A program made the position numbers and the translations under genes. From NCBI GenBank assembly GCA_010405405.1, contig MU004237.1, positions 162,191 to 226,190 on the forward strand: 64,000 nucleotides of DNA, in the 5' to 3' direction. This document shows, piece after piece, positions 50,450 to 63,816 of this stretch. The notes below the pieces were generated by a model, which saw only the letters and a program-made list of their open reading frames with translations, did no database searches and was not told the origin of the DNA. The first letter of the stretch is position 1. Each line of letters starts with the position of its first letter. This DNA comes from Microthyrium microscopicum (Eukaryota).

Positions 50450-53400
50450 TGTACTGCAACGGAAGGCATATGTACCGAATAATTGATCAGGGGCAGAGGA
50501 CGCGGCTCCGGCATATATCGTTCTTCTACCGGTGATGATGATCCCGAACACAATTAAGTCCGGGAGCCCGGATAGAGGAAAGGAAGCCCATAGAAGCGAG
50601 AGAAGCCATAATGGTACTTGGTAGCATCTCAGATATCAGACCGGCCCATATCATTCCGCGCCTGATCGCCGCCTCAGCAGGTAACTTCCGCTTTCTCAGA
50701 GACAATATACTCGGCTCCATGCGAACCACGATCGACATGCAGTATCGTAGTTCTGACCGCCTCACTTTAGTCAGACAACGATACTGCGCGTTTCTTCACC
50801 CTTATCCCATAGCAGTCATCAAATGCGCTGGTTAAAAGGGCCGCGTCATTAGAAGAACAACTCGTTTAGTTTCCAAATCCAAATAAACAAAGCCGTCACA
50901 AATGTCCCTCTGATCATGTCAAAACAGCAAATATCTTCCCGCCCAAGTTGAACATGAACGCCACCTACTGGGGCTTTGGAGATATCCAAGGTCCTCGCGA
51001 AGAAAATATCTGCGACAATGCCTGTGTCTCAGGATACGCAGTCTACTGCATTGCCCAAGAACACTGCGGGCCTAACCCCGCAGAGAGTGAAGAACATTCG
51101 TTTCATGTTAAACCCTCTACAGCTTTGCTTGCGGGTACTGCCGCTGTCTAGTAATGGGTGCAGAATTGTTCGTCGAGTCAACTGCTTGAAGGTAGGCGTC
51201 AGGAGAGGAGGAGTTTGGTGGGTTATACATCCTTTTCACGATATCGTGACGAAATAAGAATTCTGGAATCATATCTATGAAAATTATGAAAGGGTCTAAT
51301 AATAACCAAGTAGAATTGCCATATTATGCTTTGCCACTGGCAGTATCTCGATTGTCATCTGGTTGGTTTCAAACGGAAGAAAAGAGCTCAGAGGGCGAGA
51401 TTAGAAAGGGCCGAATGTCAGCAATCATTTCGGCGGTGCGAAACAATCCTTGCGGCCCATCAGGTACGCTATGGTTATGAGAGGAGGAACGAAATAATGC
51501 CTTCGATCAGGGCTGTCATCTTTTCCAGCCGGACTCGCAAGGGAGAAATTGAAAACGACTTGTGATGTGCACAAATGATAGCGATCAGTTTGTGCTTGTT
51601 TTGCGGGCTCAGATATGGATATCTGGTTATCTCGATACATGATGCTTAACACTTGAGATATTTTTTTGGTAATGTTACTTTGCAGCTAAATGTGATGTTA
51701 GGAATAAATTGCGGTGGCGTTCGATGTGAAGCTGGACTCTGTACTCTATGCAGCTTTTGATTGAATATTGTGAGCATCCGGATTCCGAAATCATTTGACC
51801 AAGAAGCTAGATTTGAGGAGAAATCACACCAAATACGATGAACTAATTCCCTCATTGAGTATGATTTGTATCATACGGCAGGCTATCCGTATGGTCTTTT
51901 GGTCTGTTCTGCCAATGTGACATTCAATGCCCTAAAACATCAGACCAGAATAAATATTTCGAGGTCAAAATAGAGTGTTCTCAGGTCATGACGAACAAAT
52001 AAATGATTAGTTTAGTCAAGATATAGGCAGGTGCCACTTGATCATTGTAGATCTGGCCATGAAATGGTTCATCGTAAGCTTGATCAGACCGACGAATAAT
52101 TGACTATCTTATCTCATGGCAGTCTTCCTGACACGATAGAAATATGCAGGTTGAACGGTGGTGATGCACGACAATGAAGCAACCCATGACTATCACTTAC
52201 TAGCTGATTGATTCTGACCAGTTCCCGGGAAGTGTTGGCAATTTTGCAAAGTGGTTCCAATGTATCACTTTCAAATAAAGCTAGCGGTATGTTAAATCGT
52301 AGAAATATTTCCCTGGTTTGGTTCCGATCTTGGTGGGTTGCAAATCACTAGCCCCGTTTTGTTGGAAAGAAGTTTCGACGACTGTTCGTTGCAGGCTCTG
52401 TTACTTGGTACCTGCAGATCTTGCGTCGCCCTTCCACCACTCACACCTCAAGCTATACGATAATGAGCTCCCATGTACAGCTAACGATCCTCACAGTGCA
52501 AGAGACTTTTTTTCGTCGGCGTCCTGTGTCCTTGCAGCGCAAGATTGAGGCTCATCGGCTGCCAAGCTGTGCCATGAGGCAAAGTGCTAGACAGGCATCC
52601 AACACAGCCTCTATGAGTAGACCAGAAACACTGGCGATTCAATGGTTGGGTTTGGTCAATTGGTGATGTTTGTTCCGAGGCATAGCGAGATGGACTAGGC
52701 ACGACAGGACAAGACAGGTACATGGCTTGATGAAGGCTGCAAGTCCATCGCTAGCCCAACCAGGTACAGCAGGACAGGGTGAGGGACAAGAACCCTTGGA
52801 TTCAGGTACGTATGGTGCATGTTCACAATGTTGAACGGCATCACCAAAGGAGGGCAGCATTGAATGCGTTGGTATTTTTTGGTAGGCCGGGCCAGGCTAC
52901 CAGCCCTCTAACTACCAGGTCGATGAAGCTATCAGCGTACAACAGCAACAGAAAGTTTTGGTGCTCTGGCAAGGGAATGAGAGCTGCAGTTGTTGCGGCT
53001 CTTGCGTTGTGGCAAGTGGAGCGAGTGGTCCGAGTAGTTGGTGAGCATCATTTTCAAACGAGGATTAAGGTGCAATGGTTTGAGGGGATGGTTTGGCGGG
53101 CCAGTGATGGTGGTTTGGGAGGTTTTGGGAAGTTTCAGAATATCAGCTCGCTCCAAGCTCTGGTGCTGTCTTTTTTGTCTTTGCCCGGTTTCAGAGTTTG
53201 GCTGTTCGTTACTCTATTCCTGGCCCCATTAGTGCTTTCTTTTTTAGAGTGCTAAATGCTAACTGGTACTTGTGTTCTACTTGGAAAATGGTACGAATCT
53301 GCCAATTGGCAGTACCAAGAAATAGCAGTACCTATACTGAGAATGGGAAGTGTTGCTTAAGTCAAGCTTCAGTATAGGGTAAAGTAATTGATTGCCTATT

Positions 53401-54346
53401 CAGTCACGAAATGGCTGGGCAAGTTGATGCATCCGCTTGGACGTTTAGATGTTCTGTGGTCTGCTCGCTGCTTGCCTGCATTACTATGATTTCAAGCTGC
53501 TACTTGTTACTTGCTTTGGAGTACCTAGTCTGCATCTCTGATCTGTGATTTGATTCCACTTGCATTTGGTGATTGGCATTCCATGCACTCCATGCACTCG
53601 ACCAACTCTTGACACGAGCCGCCTGCTTCATCTTGCAACCATACCTCATATTAATCACTTTCCCTTACACTACTCCATTTCATCTGCTTCTTTATGCTTG
53701 GCTTACACCTGCTATACCGCCCAGTGCCCACCGTCCTAGTCGTCTTTAAAACTTAACTAGCCCGGCTCTCCCTCTTCATTTATTAAACCCTTCAAACGTC
53801 CACTGTTCACCAGTTCACTGTTCTTCCTTCTCGGTCCATTCCATCTTCACTCGCTTCGTGCTGCTTCCACTCCACTCCTTTGCTTGTACTACACGCCACT
53901 CTCAATTCCCCCCAACAACCTAGGACACCATTCACTACTAGGGAAACCACTTCTTGTTTTGGCTGGCCAATTTTATCTTGCAATTGCCAATTTCTCAACC
54001 CTTAGCATCTGGATGCTAGCTTTCCTCGTGATACGCTCATATTCTTGTGTCTACACTAGTTCTCCTAGGCTCGGTCCACCCCAATATATCTCCAGCACCC
54101 AGAAATAGGCCTGCCTCATCAATTTCCCTCCGCACGCTGCTCCAAAGTTCAGAGCTTGCTCCACCTGTCCAAACGACTATCATTTTACCCCCATCATCAA
54201 TCAACCTTCTATTCAATTTCTACGTCCATCAATATCCTTCACCCTCTATCAAACCCCACCTTCACTCTCTCAATACATCAACAATAACAACCTTCCTCCA
54301 AAACAACCACCAAACCATCATCATCCTTCAAGCATCTATCATCAAA

Positions 54347-54856
54347 ATGCACGCCTCACGCTTCCAATCCTTCGCTCCATCCAACCTGCGGACATCAGGT
54401 CTCCGCCGTCTCAAAACCGCCTTTAGTCCTTCCTCATCCGTCTCCTCAACCCGCTCATTCCGCTTCAACTCTGGCGCCAGCACACCACATCGCAGCCCAT
54501 CATCCAGTTCATCGACCGGTACTGCCTCTCCACTGAGCAGCCACATGGGTTCGCCCGCTCTCAACGGCGATTGCGAGACCATGGAAGGCCTCGTCATCCT
54601 TCCAACCACCAGCTACGCCCTCGACGGCCTCGTCCTCGGTGACACCATCAAACCCGCAGTGCAAACACGATCAGAGTCATCGCGCAATCGTCTACGCACA
54701 CTCTTGATGCGCCGACGACGGCAACAGAGCTCGTGGGACCTACGAGTCGATGAGGAACAGCGAGCGTTTGGTGCTGGAGTCAACGTCTTTGAGCCACGTC
54801 AGAAAGGCACAATTTCTATGGGCAGCATTTTCGAGGTGCTCGACGGCAAATACTGA
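54347..54856 (+). CDS. Hypothetical Ser-rich protein, 169 aa
   Basis: CAAAATG start context after a CT/CA-rich leader, C-ending codon bias, and a conserved-looking C-terminus VFEPR....SMGSIFEVLDG. Confidence 0.65.
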   Translation: MHASRFQSFAPSNLRTSGLRRLKTAFSPSSSVSSTRSFRFNSGASTPHRSPSSSSSTGTASPLSSHMGSPALNGDCETMEGLVILPTTSYALDGLVLGDTIKPAVQTRSESSRNRLRTLLMRRRRQQSSWDLRVDEEQRAFGAGVNVFEPRQKGTISMGSIFEVLDGKY

Positions 54857-55986
54857 ACTTGCCTCGAAGACAATGGTGTAGAAAGCCACAGTGATACGGA
54901 CATGATAGTCTACAGACACTCTGCACGACGACAAGTCCTAGCACCAAAAATAGCGTCAAAATGACTGCTTGCAACAAAGGATGCTTATAGCGCCAACAAT
55001 TCTCTTACAACTCGGTCACCAATCTTGTGGAACCGATTTTGTTTTTTCTTACTGCTCTTTATTCTTTTCGATCGAATTATTCCCCCATGGCACGGAAATC
55101 TCTGGGCGTTTACAAGATACAGCAGCAGCAAAGCAGGCATCCTTGGGCCAACAACATGTTCCAACGAGCCTCGAGCGAGCACTCGAGTATCAGGTGTCTT
55201 TTATTCTTACCGATTTTTGCTCCTGATTAGACGGGATATCACGGGAGACGGCGCTACAGGAATGTTGGGAAATTCAAGGCCTACGACTGGACCATGTACA
55301 TAATGACTACCTTATGGGCAAAATCTCCAACGGAGGTGCAAAAAGTGTAGGGAAATCTAATAATGGAGAAACCTATTCTTACATCATATTTTGACTTTTG
55401 CAAATTTTCTCCTAAAAGTAAACTCGACAAGAGGACGCTTTTTAGTTCATTGGCGATCTTTTCGTCATAATGGGTCTGTGAAAGTGGTTTGACATTTGTC
55501 TCTAATTAAAAGGCTTTGAGCCCTGGTTCCTGATCAGGCATAACGTCGATCGTGCAAATTCGAAGCTACGTTGCCGGCTTTCCGCAGACAGTCTGATAAT
55601 AATTAAAGCCACCGTTGTACGCAAAAGATGCGGTGATATTGACCGGGTGAGCATATTTGCGATAGCTGGTCTGTTGGACGTGGGATGCAAGGCTGAGGAC
55701 AAGGCTGAGGCTGGAAAATACCCCTGAGCAACCAATGGTAGATCAGGCACTGCGTCCCAATGGGGAATGGAGATGCTACGCGTAGTCCCATTGCAGAGGC
55801 CGTTTCGCGTTGGACCCTCAACACCAAATTCTCTATCCCACTTGACATACATCTCCCTCTCAGATCCTTGTTCATTGCCAACACGATAAAACCACACTGA
55901 CTCTATTCTTCTGCTCCCCATAGGCACTCCAAAATATCCTCCACATCCACAAACTCCACCATAACAGCAAACCTACACAACTCCTT

Positions 55987-57104
55987 ATGCCACCCCGCAA
56001 AAGCGTCGGCGCGTCCTCGACCGCCGGCCCAGACGGCGAATCCATCATGGACATCAGCATAGCCAGCGCCAAAGACAAAGACTCTCTCGCCGTCGAAGTA
56101 CCTATCTCCACCCCATTGATCCCCACAATCTAACAAAAACCAGGATCTCGGCCTTCCCAAATCAATGGTCCAACGCCTCGCGAAAGGAGTCCTACCCGCA
56201 AATACCCAGATCCAAAAAGACGCACAAACAGCAATCTGGAAATCCGCTACCGTCTTCGTCTCCCACCTAGCTTCCGCGTAGATACACCCTTACCCACAAA
56301 AGAATCATGAACAGAGCTAAACTGTGTGCAGGGCGAATGAAAACGCGCAACACGCGAACAAGAAAACGATACAGCCAGCAGACGTACTCGATGCGCTAAA
56401 AGATTTGGAATTTCCAGGATTCATACCGCGATTGGAACAAGAGCTTGCTAGTACGTTTTCTTCTCCTCTATTTCCCAAAGCTGGGCTAACAAGTATACCC
56501 AGAGTACAACGCAATCCAATCCAGCAAACGAAACTCCTACCGCAAAAAAATCCGCGACTCCAGCGACGTAAATTCCAAAGCCAAAGAACCCACCGATCTC
56601 GACAACTCCACCACCACACCTCCACGCGCAGCTAGTGAAGTGAATAGCGAGATGGTGCCAGATTCGCCTAATAGTATGGCGTCGGGTATACCATTTGATG
56701 CGTATGGGGGTGCGAGTAGCAGTGGTGGTGGGCTTGCACGTAGTGGCGGTGGACTGGTGAATAGTGGGCTTGCGAATAGTGGGATGGGGCCGGGTGTGCC
56801 GGGCAGTGCGTCTCGGGATGAAGTGCGGGTGGTGATTCCAGCGACGGTGAGTCGTAAAGCGCAGATGGAGGAACCGGCCGCGAAGCGAGCACGGAGGGAT
56901 GGTGAGGATGTTGATATGGATGCGGAAGAGGAGGAGGATGTAGAGGATGATGTTGAAGATGACGTCGAGGAAGAGGAGGACGAGGAAGAAGAACCAGAGG
57001 AAGACGATGAGGAAGCACCGGGTCCATTGATGGAAGATCCGTTGGAGGAGATAGATGATGAAGATGATGAAGATGAAGCTGTAGATGGTGACGAGAGCGA
57101 CTGA
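55987..57104 (+). CDS. DPB4: Histone-fold DNA polymerase epsilon subunit D (Dpb4/CHRAC17, NF-YB-like) with an acidic tail, 4 exons
   Basis: Spliced translation VE-DLGLPKSMVQRLAKGVLPANTQIQKDA.TAI.KSATVFVSHLAS...KKTIQPADVLDALKDLEF, followed by a D/E-rich C-terminus. Confidence 0.9.
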
Positions 57105-57357
57105 AAATGGGGATTTCAAGACTAAGGCAGTTGGCATAAACGATAATGTATCAAGCATCGTAGTAATGATAAACAAGTTGAATACAAAGCATTAATTTGA
57201 TCGCTCTGCTCGCCAACACACTACAAAGGCTAACTATCAACAGCTACCATGACTACACTCAACAAACCCCTTGAAAAATACTTAGCTAGGCCAAGAGATT
57301 CTTCATTTTGTGTCACAACTTTTCCCACACCACCCAATAAGAATAGTTTTAACCAAT

Positions 57358-59151
57358 CTATTCCTCACCCTCAATAGGAGCCTCCTCATCATACTCCTCT
57401 TCGCCCTCGGAGACAGAGGCTTCTTGGTATTGCTGGTACTCGGAAACAAGATCGTTCATGTTGGACTCGGCCTCAGTGAACTCCATCTCGTCCATACCCT
57501 CTCCAGTGTACCAATGCAAGAAAGCCTTGCGTCGGAACATGGCACTGAACTGCTCTCCGACACGCTTGAAGAGCTCCTGGATGGAGGTCGAGTTACCGAC
57601 GAAGGTTGAGGACATCTTGAGTCCACGAGGTGGGATGGAGCAAAGAGCAGTCTGGACGTTGTTGGGAATCCATTCGACAAAGTAGCTGCTGTTCTTGTTC
57701 TGGACGTTTCGCATCTGGTCTTCGACTTCCTTCATCGAGACCTTTCCGCGGCTATTGTTTTGTTAGCAATGAATCTGACGACGAAATCTCAGGAAACTTA
57801 CAAAATAGCAGAGCAAGTGAGATAGCGACCATTTCGGAAGTCGGAAGCAGCCATCATGTTCTTTGGATCAAACATTTGCTGGGTGAGCTCAGGAACGGTA
57901 ACAGCGCGGAAAGAGTGTGCGCCACGGCTGGTGAGAGGAGCAAATCCAACCATGAAGAAATGGAGACGAGGGAAAGGAACCATGTTCACGGCGAGTTTTC
58001 GTAGATCAGAGTTGAGTTGACCAGGGAAACGGAGGCAAGTGGTGACACCAGACATGACAGCGGAGACGAGGTAATTGAGATCACCGTAGGAAGGATTGTT
58101 GAGCTTGAGGGTACGCATGCAGATATCGTACAAAGCCTAAGATTGTTAGATATGCCATGAACTCGTCAATGCTGGTATTTACCTCGTTGTCAATACAGAA
58201 AGTTTCATCGGAGTTTTCGACAAGTTGATGAACGGAGAGAGTGGCGTTGTATGGCTCAACGACAGTGTCGGAAACCTTTGGTGATGGCATGACGGAGAAT
58301 GTAGCCATCATACGATCTGGGAATTCTTCACGGATCTTGGAGATCAATAGCGTTCCCATACCAGCACCAGTACCACCACCTAGAGAGTGGGTGATTTGGA
58401 AACCTTGGAGGCAATCACAGCCCTCGGCTTCACGACGAACAACATCAAGAACTTGATCGACCAATTCAGCGCCTTCAGTATAATGACCCTTGGCCCAGTT
58501 GTTTCCAGCACCAGACTGGCCAAAGACAAAGTTGTCGGGACGGAAAAGTTGACCAAATGGGCTGGCACGGACGGCGTCCATGGTACCTGGCTCGAGATCG
58601 ACAAGGACGGCACGAGGAACATATTTGTTGTTGGAAGCCTACAGTCGAGTCAGATGTATGAATCGATAGGAGGAATTGTGTTTACCTCGTTGAAATAGAC
58701 GTTCAAGCGTTCGAGTTGAAGATCGGAGGTACCGTTGTAGCTAGAGGATGTCAATAGATAATTCCCTACAAACATACGCTTCACTTACACGCCGGATCCA
58801 TCAAGACCATGTTCGCCAGAGATAGTTTGCCTGATTTGGATGGTTAGACCTGTACGCAGAGTTCGAGGCAGTTTTGGCTGGGGCCTTGACGAACCAGAAG
58901 GCAGCACCGATTTGGTTACCCTGGAGAATGTCAGTCTCAATGTCCCAGAAATTTATGTATCAAGAAAACTTACGCATTGGCCGGTTTGGAGATGAACCTA
59001 TAGGTTAAAAAGCGCTGGTTAGCATAATCCTTATAATTGATATGTTGTTGGGGGGGGGGGTCAGTGGAGGGGCAAGGCAAGGCGCGTCCTTTTTCTGGTA
59101 CCGGCGCGCCAGACCATGAGAACAAGAGGAGAGACTCACGATTTCACGCAT
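57358..59151 (-). CDS. TUB2: Beta-tubulin, 8 exons
   Basis: [43 protein letters not shown] and [20 protein letters not shown]. Seven GT-AG introns. Confidence 0.99.
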
Positions 59152-60483
59152 GTTGAGGGATGTTGGGGTATTTGCAAGAGATTTTGATGAGGATTGACAC
59201 GAGAGAAGTGGTCAGTGGAAGGTTTGCGGGAGGATGTGGAGAGAGCAGCAAGAAGAAGTTGTTGTGCTTTGGCCTTGGGCGGTGTGGAAGAGGAAGGGGC
59301 AGCAATGGGCCGTGCACAGTTCTTGCTCCAGTTGGGACTAGTGCTCTAATTCCTTCCAGCCAATCACAAAGCCTAAGCAACCTAATTGTCCAAAATCTCG
59401 AACTCCCCAGTTAGGCAATGGCGACTTTCCTGATTTGTCTACCAACACATTCGTCCAAACATCAACATCTCCGATCGCAAAAAGCAGGCTTTCGGAGCTG
59501 CTGAGAAGCCATCTCAGAATCAAGCGCGGCTTGCATCACCTTTTGGAAAGCTAGCCTTCAGTGTTCAATGATTGATCCCTTGCGGAGTTTACCTTGTTCA
59601 TTGACCAACCTTGATTCCAGACAAGAAAACGTATGCAACACGGTGTTTTTGAGCGTATTGTCTTATCTACAATCAACTGTTTTCAATCCGTTGAAAGCAT
59701 GAGAGTTTCATTTGTTTGTGGACCTTCGCTGCAGATTTTGATCTTCTTATGATTTGCTTATATGTGATCGCACATGGCATGGCTGATTTGAGTATCCTCC
59801 CATTTTCCATTTATTGGGGTACAGATCTCGATAGTCGAGGTTTCTCTGCACTACATCAGCTTGCCTGCAGATGTTTTCATTTTAATCTTGTACAACTGGC
59901 AATGCGCAGGTACCCATAAACTTAGAAGTTGTGTAACCACGCAATGCTTCTTTCAAACCTTAACTGACATATGATATCTGGCGTAATGCCTGACTCATCG
60001 GTGGGCCGCAGGGTCTGAGCCGTCTGATTGTCTCAATAGAACAAACAATACGATAACTTTTCTTTGTCTGGTCACTCATTTGCGGAAATGGACACTACTA
60101 TCAACCACTGGCAAACACCAACACTCCTCCAACTACCGATTGCGACATCATCCGCTGTTTGTTGTTGACGATGCTATAAGTCTAACACTACAATGGGGCC
60201 AGCCTTAGCAATCGCACAAGATCGCAATCCTCAGGAAGGAGACACACCGTACCAAAGTCATTACAACAGAGACAACCCCTCAGCGAGAAATCTTGACGAA
60301 CCCACAACTCCTCCTCTTACCCAAATATATCACCAACTGCAACAAAGAAATACAAAGAGCACGACCGAAATCGACTACTCGAGCGAAAACGAGCATACCG
60401 CAACCCTCCAGGTCCCGGCTCTCACAGCAATCCCACAATATACACAACGACACGTAGAGCACAACCATTTCATATCCCCCAAA

Positions 60484-61196
60484 ATGACAGTCGATCCAAA
60501 CTCTGTACATCCCGTAACGAACCGCACCCCAGTCTACATCGGAGTCGGCTGTCTGGCTGGTGTCGTAAGTTTTTGTCATATAAAATCACCATAGCAGATT
60601 AACATTCTACTTGAGGTCTACTGTAAGGTCACTTCTGTAGACTTCAAGTGCTCTTTCAAATAACGCAATCCTCGCCCGCCACTTTGATATACCCCCACAC
60701 TAACAAATCCTCCTAGATGCTTCTCCTCATCCTGACCCACTACCTCCTAACCGCCCGCTACTTCGCCTGCGGCTCTGCTCGCGCTCTCGGCCCCGATCAT
60801 CCTTTACGCGACGCCTGGTCTTCTGGTTTCGCGCACGCGGACCATCGAGGCGCTGTTCCGGAGAGTGGAGGTACGCATCGAGATCAGAAGACTGGGGCGC
60901 GAGTAATCGAGAGAGCTCTGGGCGGCGACAAGAAGGACGGCTTTGCGAAGGACGGGTTTGAAGAGGATGAGGTGGAGGAATGGGGCGACGGCATTAGAGA
61001 CAGCGGGTTGAGTGGGATTAGCAAAGGTGATTCGAGCAAGAGTGGTGGTATGGTGTATCAAGGACCAGATGCGGATTATTGGGAAGCGGCTGAGAGGGAT
61101 TGGGAGAAGCGCGCTTACGAGCAAGCGGATGTGAGTAGGACGGCGTATTATGCGGGAGATATCAAAGGTCATGAGCAGTATGGCGGAATGTTTTGA
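60484..61196 (+). CDS. Hypothetical single-pass membrane protein, 2 exons
   Basis: AAAATG at 60484. The intron 60565-60716 (GTAAGT...CTAAC...TAG) joins YIGVGCLAGV and MLLLILTHYLL into one TM helix. Confidence 0.7.
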
Positions 61197-61825
61197 TGAA
61201 AAGCTATAGATGGGGAAGGGGAAGGGGCGACTGTTTGGTCAGTGACCAGCATGGCGTTTTGTTTGTCTTTTCATACATTTTGATCTGATACACATACGAT
61301 TGATATTGAAGCGATTGTTGAAAGTGTCGATTGCTCCGCGGTGATTTGATATCCAGACACCATGAGATAGTCTCTTAGTAGAAATCATGCTTGCCATATT
61401 TAAGCAAAGTATTGCTCGTAACAATGTTGAAAGCCTTGAAAGCTCAGCAGCTGATGTTCCTGGAATCACCCTAGATCGCAGGCGAGACTAATATCAAAGA
61501 TAATATGACTAAATTCTTCATGTAGCGACTGCCATCATCAGATGCACAGTGAATCTTAATGTCCTCACTTTTACATACTCTTACAAAGTGACTCCGAGTA
61601 GTCAACATGCGATGAAAAGACCTTTCAGAAGCCCACAATCTCCTCCTATATATATTCCTGACCGCAACTTCAACTCTACAGCACACCATCACATCATACA
61701 AGCACTTCATCTACAAGACAGCCAAGCACAAGAGTTGACGAAAGTATGTTGCCTCAATACATAGTGTTTCCGATCTAACCGGGTATAGTAAATCTACAAC
61801 TTCACAAACCCGCTCGAAATTAGCC

Positions 61826-61999
61826 ATGACGGACCAAACGACCAAGGCCGAATCCATCGGCATCTATGTGGTTTTCGCAGTGGTCATAACCAGCATGCTT
61901 GTTCTCATGATCATACTCTTCATTGTCCTTCGACGAGCTCGCCGCCTTCCGCCTGGCACTCGGCGCGGCACGCTTTTGCATGGCGGCTGGCATCTCTGA
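61826..61999 (+). CDS. 57-aa single-pass membrane microprotein (below the ORF-track cutoff)
   Basis: GCCATGA start. Translation MTDQTTKAESIGIYVVFAVVITSMLVLMIILFIVLRRARRLPPGTRRGTLLHGGWHL*. An upstream TATA-like tract (about 61647) and a putative 5'UTR intron at 61744-61788. Confidence 0.6.
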   Translation: MTDQTTKAESIGIYVVFAVVITSMLVLMIILFIVLRRARRLPPGTRRGTLLHGGWHL

Positions 62000-62227
62000 A
62001 ACTCCATGTGCTGTGACGGATGGGTATTATGCCAGAAGGAAAGATATGAGGCTTTAAAGATGATAACGGTTGCTGAACCTCTGTTGGATCTTGTGATATT
62101 GTGGTGCAGAGCTGCTGCGGGCGTCGTGGGATCGTGCTTCCCAGGTTTGGCATATGTTATCCAGAATAGAGCATACGAGCGGCGAAATCCTTTTCTTTGG
62201 TGGATAGTCGTGTATGATTTGTTTCTT

Positions 62228-63244
62228 TCATCCTTGATCTCGCAGTTTTGAAAGCGCAGCGAGAACTCCCTCATCCATTTCTGGCTCAGCTTGTCGCTTC
62301 CGACCAGCGGCTATATTAGTCGGAAGCTGGGGTTTCGGCGCGTAAAGATCATCATCTTCAATCGCATCGTTAAGGGGAACAAACAGTGGCTCCTCCTCGA
62401 CCATTTGAGGCTTTGTCTGGGCCCGGACTGGTACAACATTACGCGACGCCTCACGAGACAGTATAGCGTGGGAGGTAGTAGTGTTAGCCGAAGTAGCGAT
62501 AGTAGGCGTATTTGAGCCAGTGGTTGGAGTAGCAGCAGCTAGTTTCGACTTGACTTCAAATGCAAGAACCTTCTTGGATGCCCTCTCTGACCTGAAAGGC
62601 TCTCTGACAGCTCCACACCATCGTTGGACCTTCTTCTCTCCCCAGCCAGCAATGAGTGATATCTCCTCGGGTTGCGCATTGATGGCTGTTCTGATTGTTC
62701 CGAAGTTGGATACCAGACCAAGGGCGTCGGTCTTATTAACGCTTCGAGGTACAGTGACGAATTCGACAAGGCGATCGGAGAAGTTGGTACTTTGATGTCC
62801 TTTGATGCTGGTAAATGCGGCGTTTTCATATGTTTTGTATAGTTCCAGATATCTGCCAGCCTCTGGGGCGCTCCAGGCAAGAATTATTGTAACATTGTTG
62901 ATCAGAGAAGTCTTGGAGAGCTCCTTCAAACACTCTTCGTGTGCTTCAACATCTACCATGGTCAAAAGGATGCGTAAATTGTATTTCCCCTGCAAAGCTC
63001 GTATCCGCCCATAGACATATTCAGGATGAAGTTTGTGATACTTGAGAGACAGAAACAAAGCGCAAGTTGTTGCGCCTAGGACATAGTCGGCTGGGATATC
63101 AGCATATTCCCAAGGCATGTTTCGTATGTGATTCAGGATGGGATTTCCTTTCTGTCTTGTTGACACCAGAATGGATGCTGTTGAGGGTCCATTGGCCAAG
63201 GGTTGTGGCTTCGGTTGCTGTACAGCCCGTGAATTCGATGCCAT
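62228..63244 (-). CDS. RAD10: Nucleotide excision repair protein Rad10/ERCC1/Swi10
   Basis: SILVSTRQKGNPILNHI, DYVLG.TTCALFLSLKYHKLHPEY, AWSAPEAGRYLE.YK and the HhH region VNKTDALGL...GWGEKK. Confidence 0.95.
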   Translation of the reverse strand: MASNSRAVQQPKPQPLANGPSTASILVSTRQKGNPILNHIRNMPWEYADIPADYVLGATTCALFLSLKYHKLHPEYVYGRIRALQGKYNLRILLTMVDVEAHEECLKELSKTSLINNVTIILAWSAPEAGRYLELYKTYENAAFTSIKGHQSTNFSDRLVEFVTVPRSVNKTDALGLVSNFGTIRTAINAQPEEISLIAGWGEKKVQRWCGAVREPFRSERASKKVLAFEVKSKLAAATPTTGSNTPTIATSANTTTSHAILSREASRNVVPVRAQTKPQMVEEEPLFVPLNDAIEDDDLYAPKPQLPTNIAAGRKRQAEPEMDEGVLAALSKLRDQG

Positions 63245-63816
63245 GTTGGCAGCCTCAAAGTGTTGTGAAGCGTTTGCTGATATCAGATGCGTGAACCAGT
63301 TTGACAAAGGTGGTGTCGCAAAACAAAGAGTCAGGTTGGTCTCGATTCCAAGTCCTTTCTGTCCGATGTACTCTTTCTTTCATCTTTCCACAATTCTGTC
63401 CTAGCCTCTCCAGCACGTCCGAGCAGCTCGATTACAAGCAAAACAGACCTGACATCAAATGGAGGCGAAAGGTTTGTAGTTGCAAAGAGACTGCTGTAAC
63501 GGGTTAGCCCGCCTTTGTTTGGCGGAGGTGGTACCGACGCTAGCGTGGCTTGACCGGGGTGTTGCGCTTGCCTGCTCTTAGCGGCTGTTCCTGCCAGACC
63601 CAGCCAACGTTGCCTTCCTCAATCTTCAACCTCAACCATCAAACACCAGTGACGGTTCACGCCAACAACCCCGCCTGTCCTTATCCTCCGTCTCCAACAT
63701 ATAATCCTGTACTGCTACAAACCAGCTACACGCCCAAACCACTCAAACAACAAATATTACCACCGTCAATCTCCACTGCGTCTTGCGACTCTTATACCCT
63801 TCGTAGCACCGTCATC

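Noticed and set aside
54047..54346. N-terminal 100 codons of the 269-aa ORF
   Set aside because: It has a non-ATG start and looks like a CT/CA-rich 5'UTR; the ATG at 54347 has the better context.
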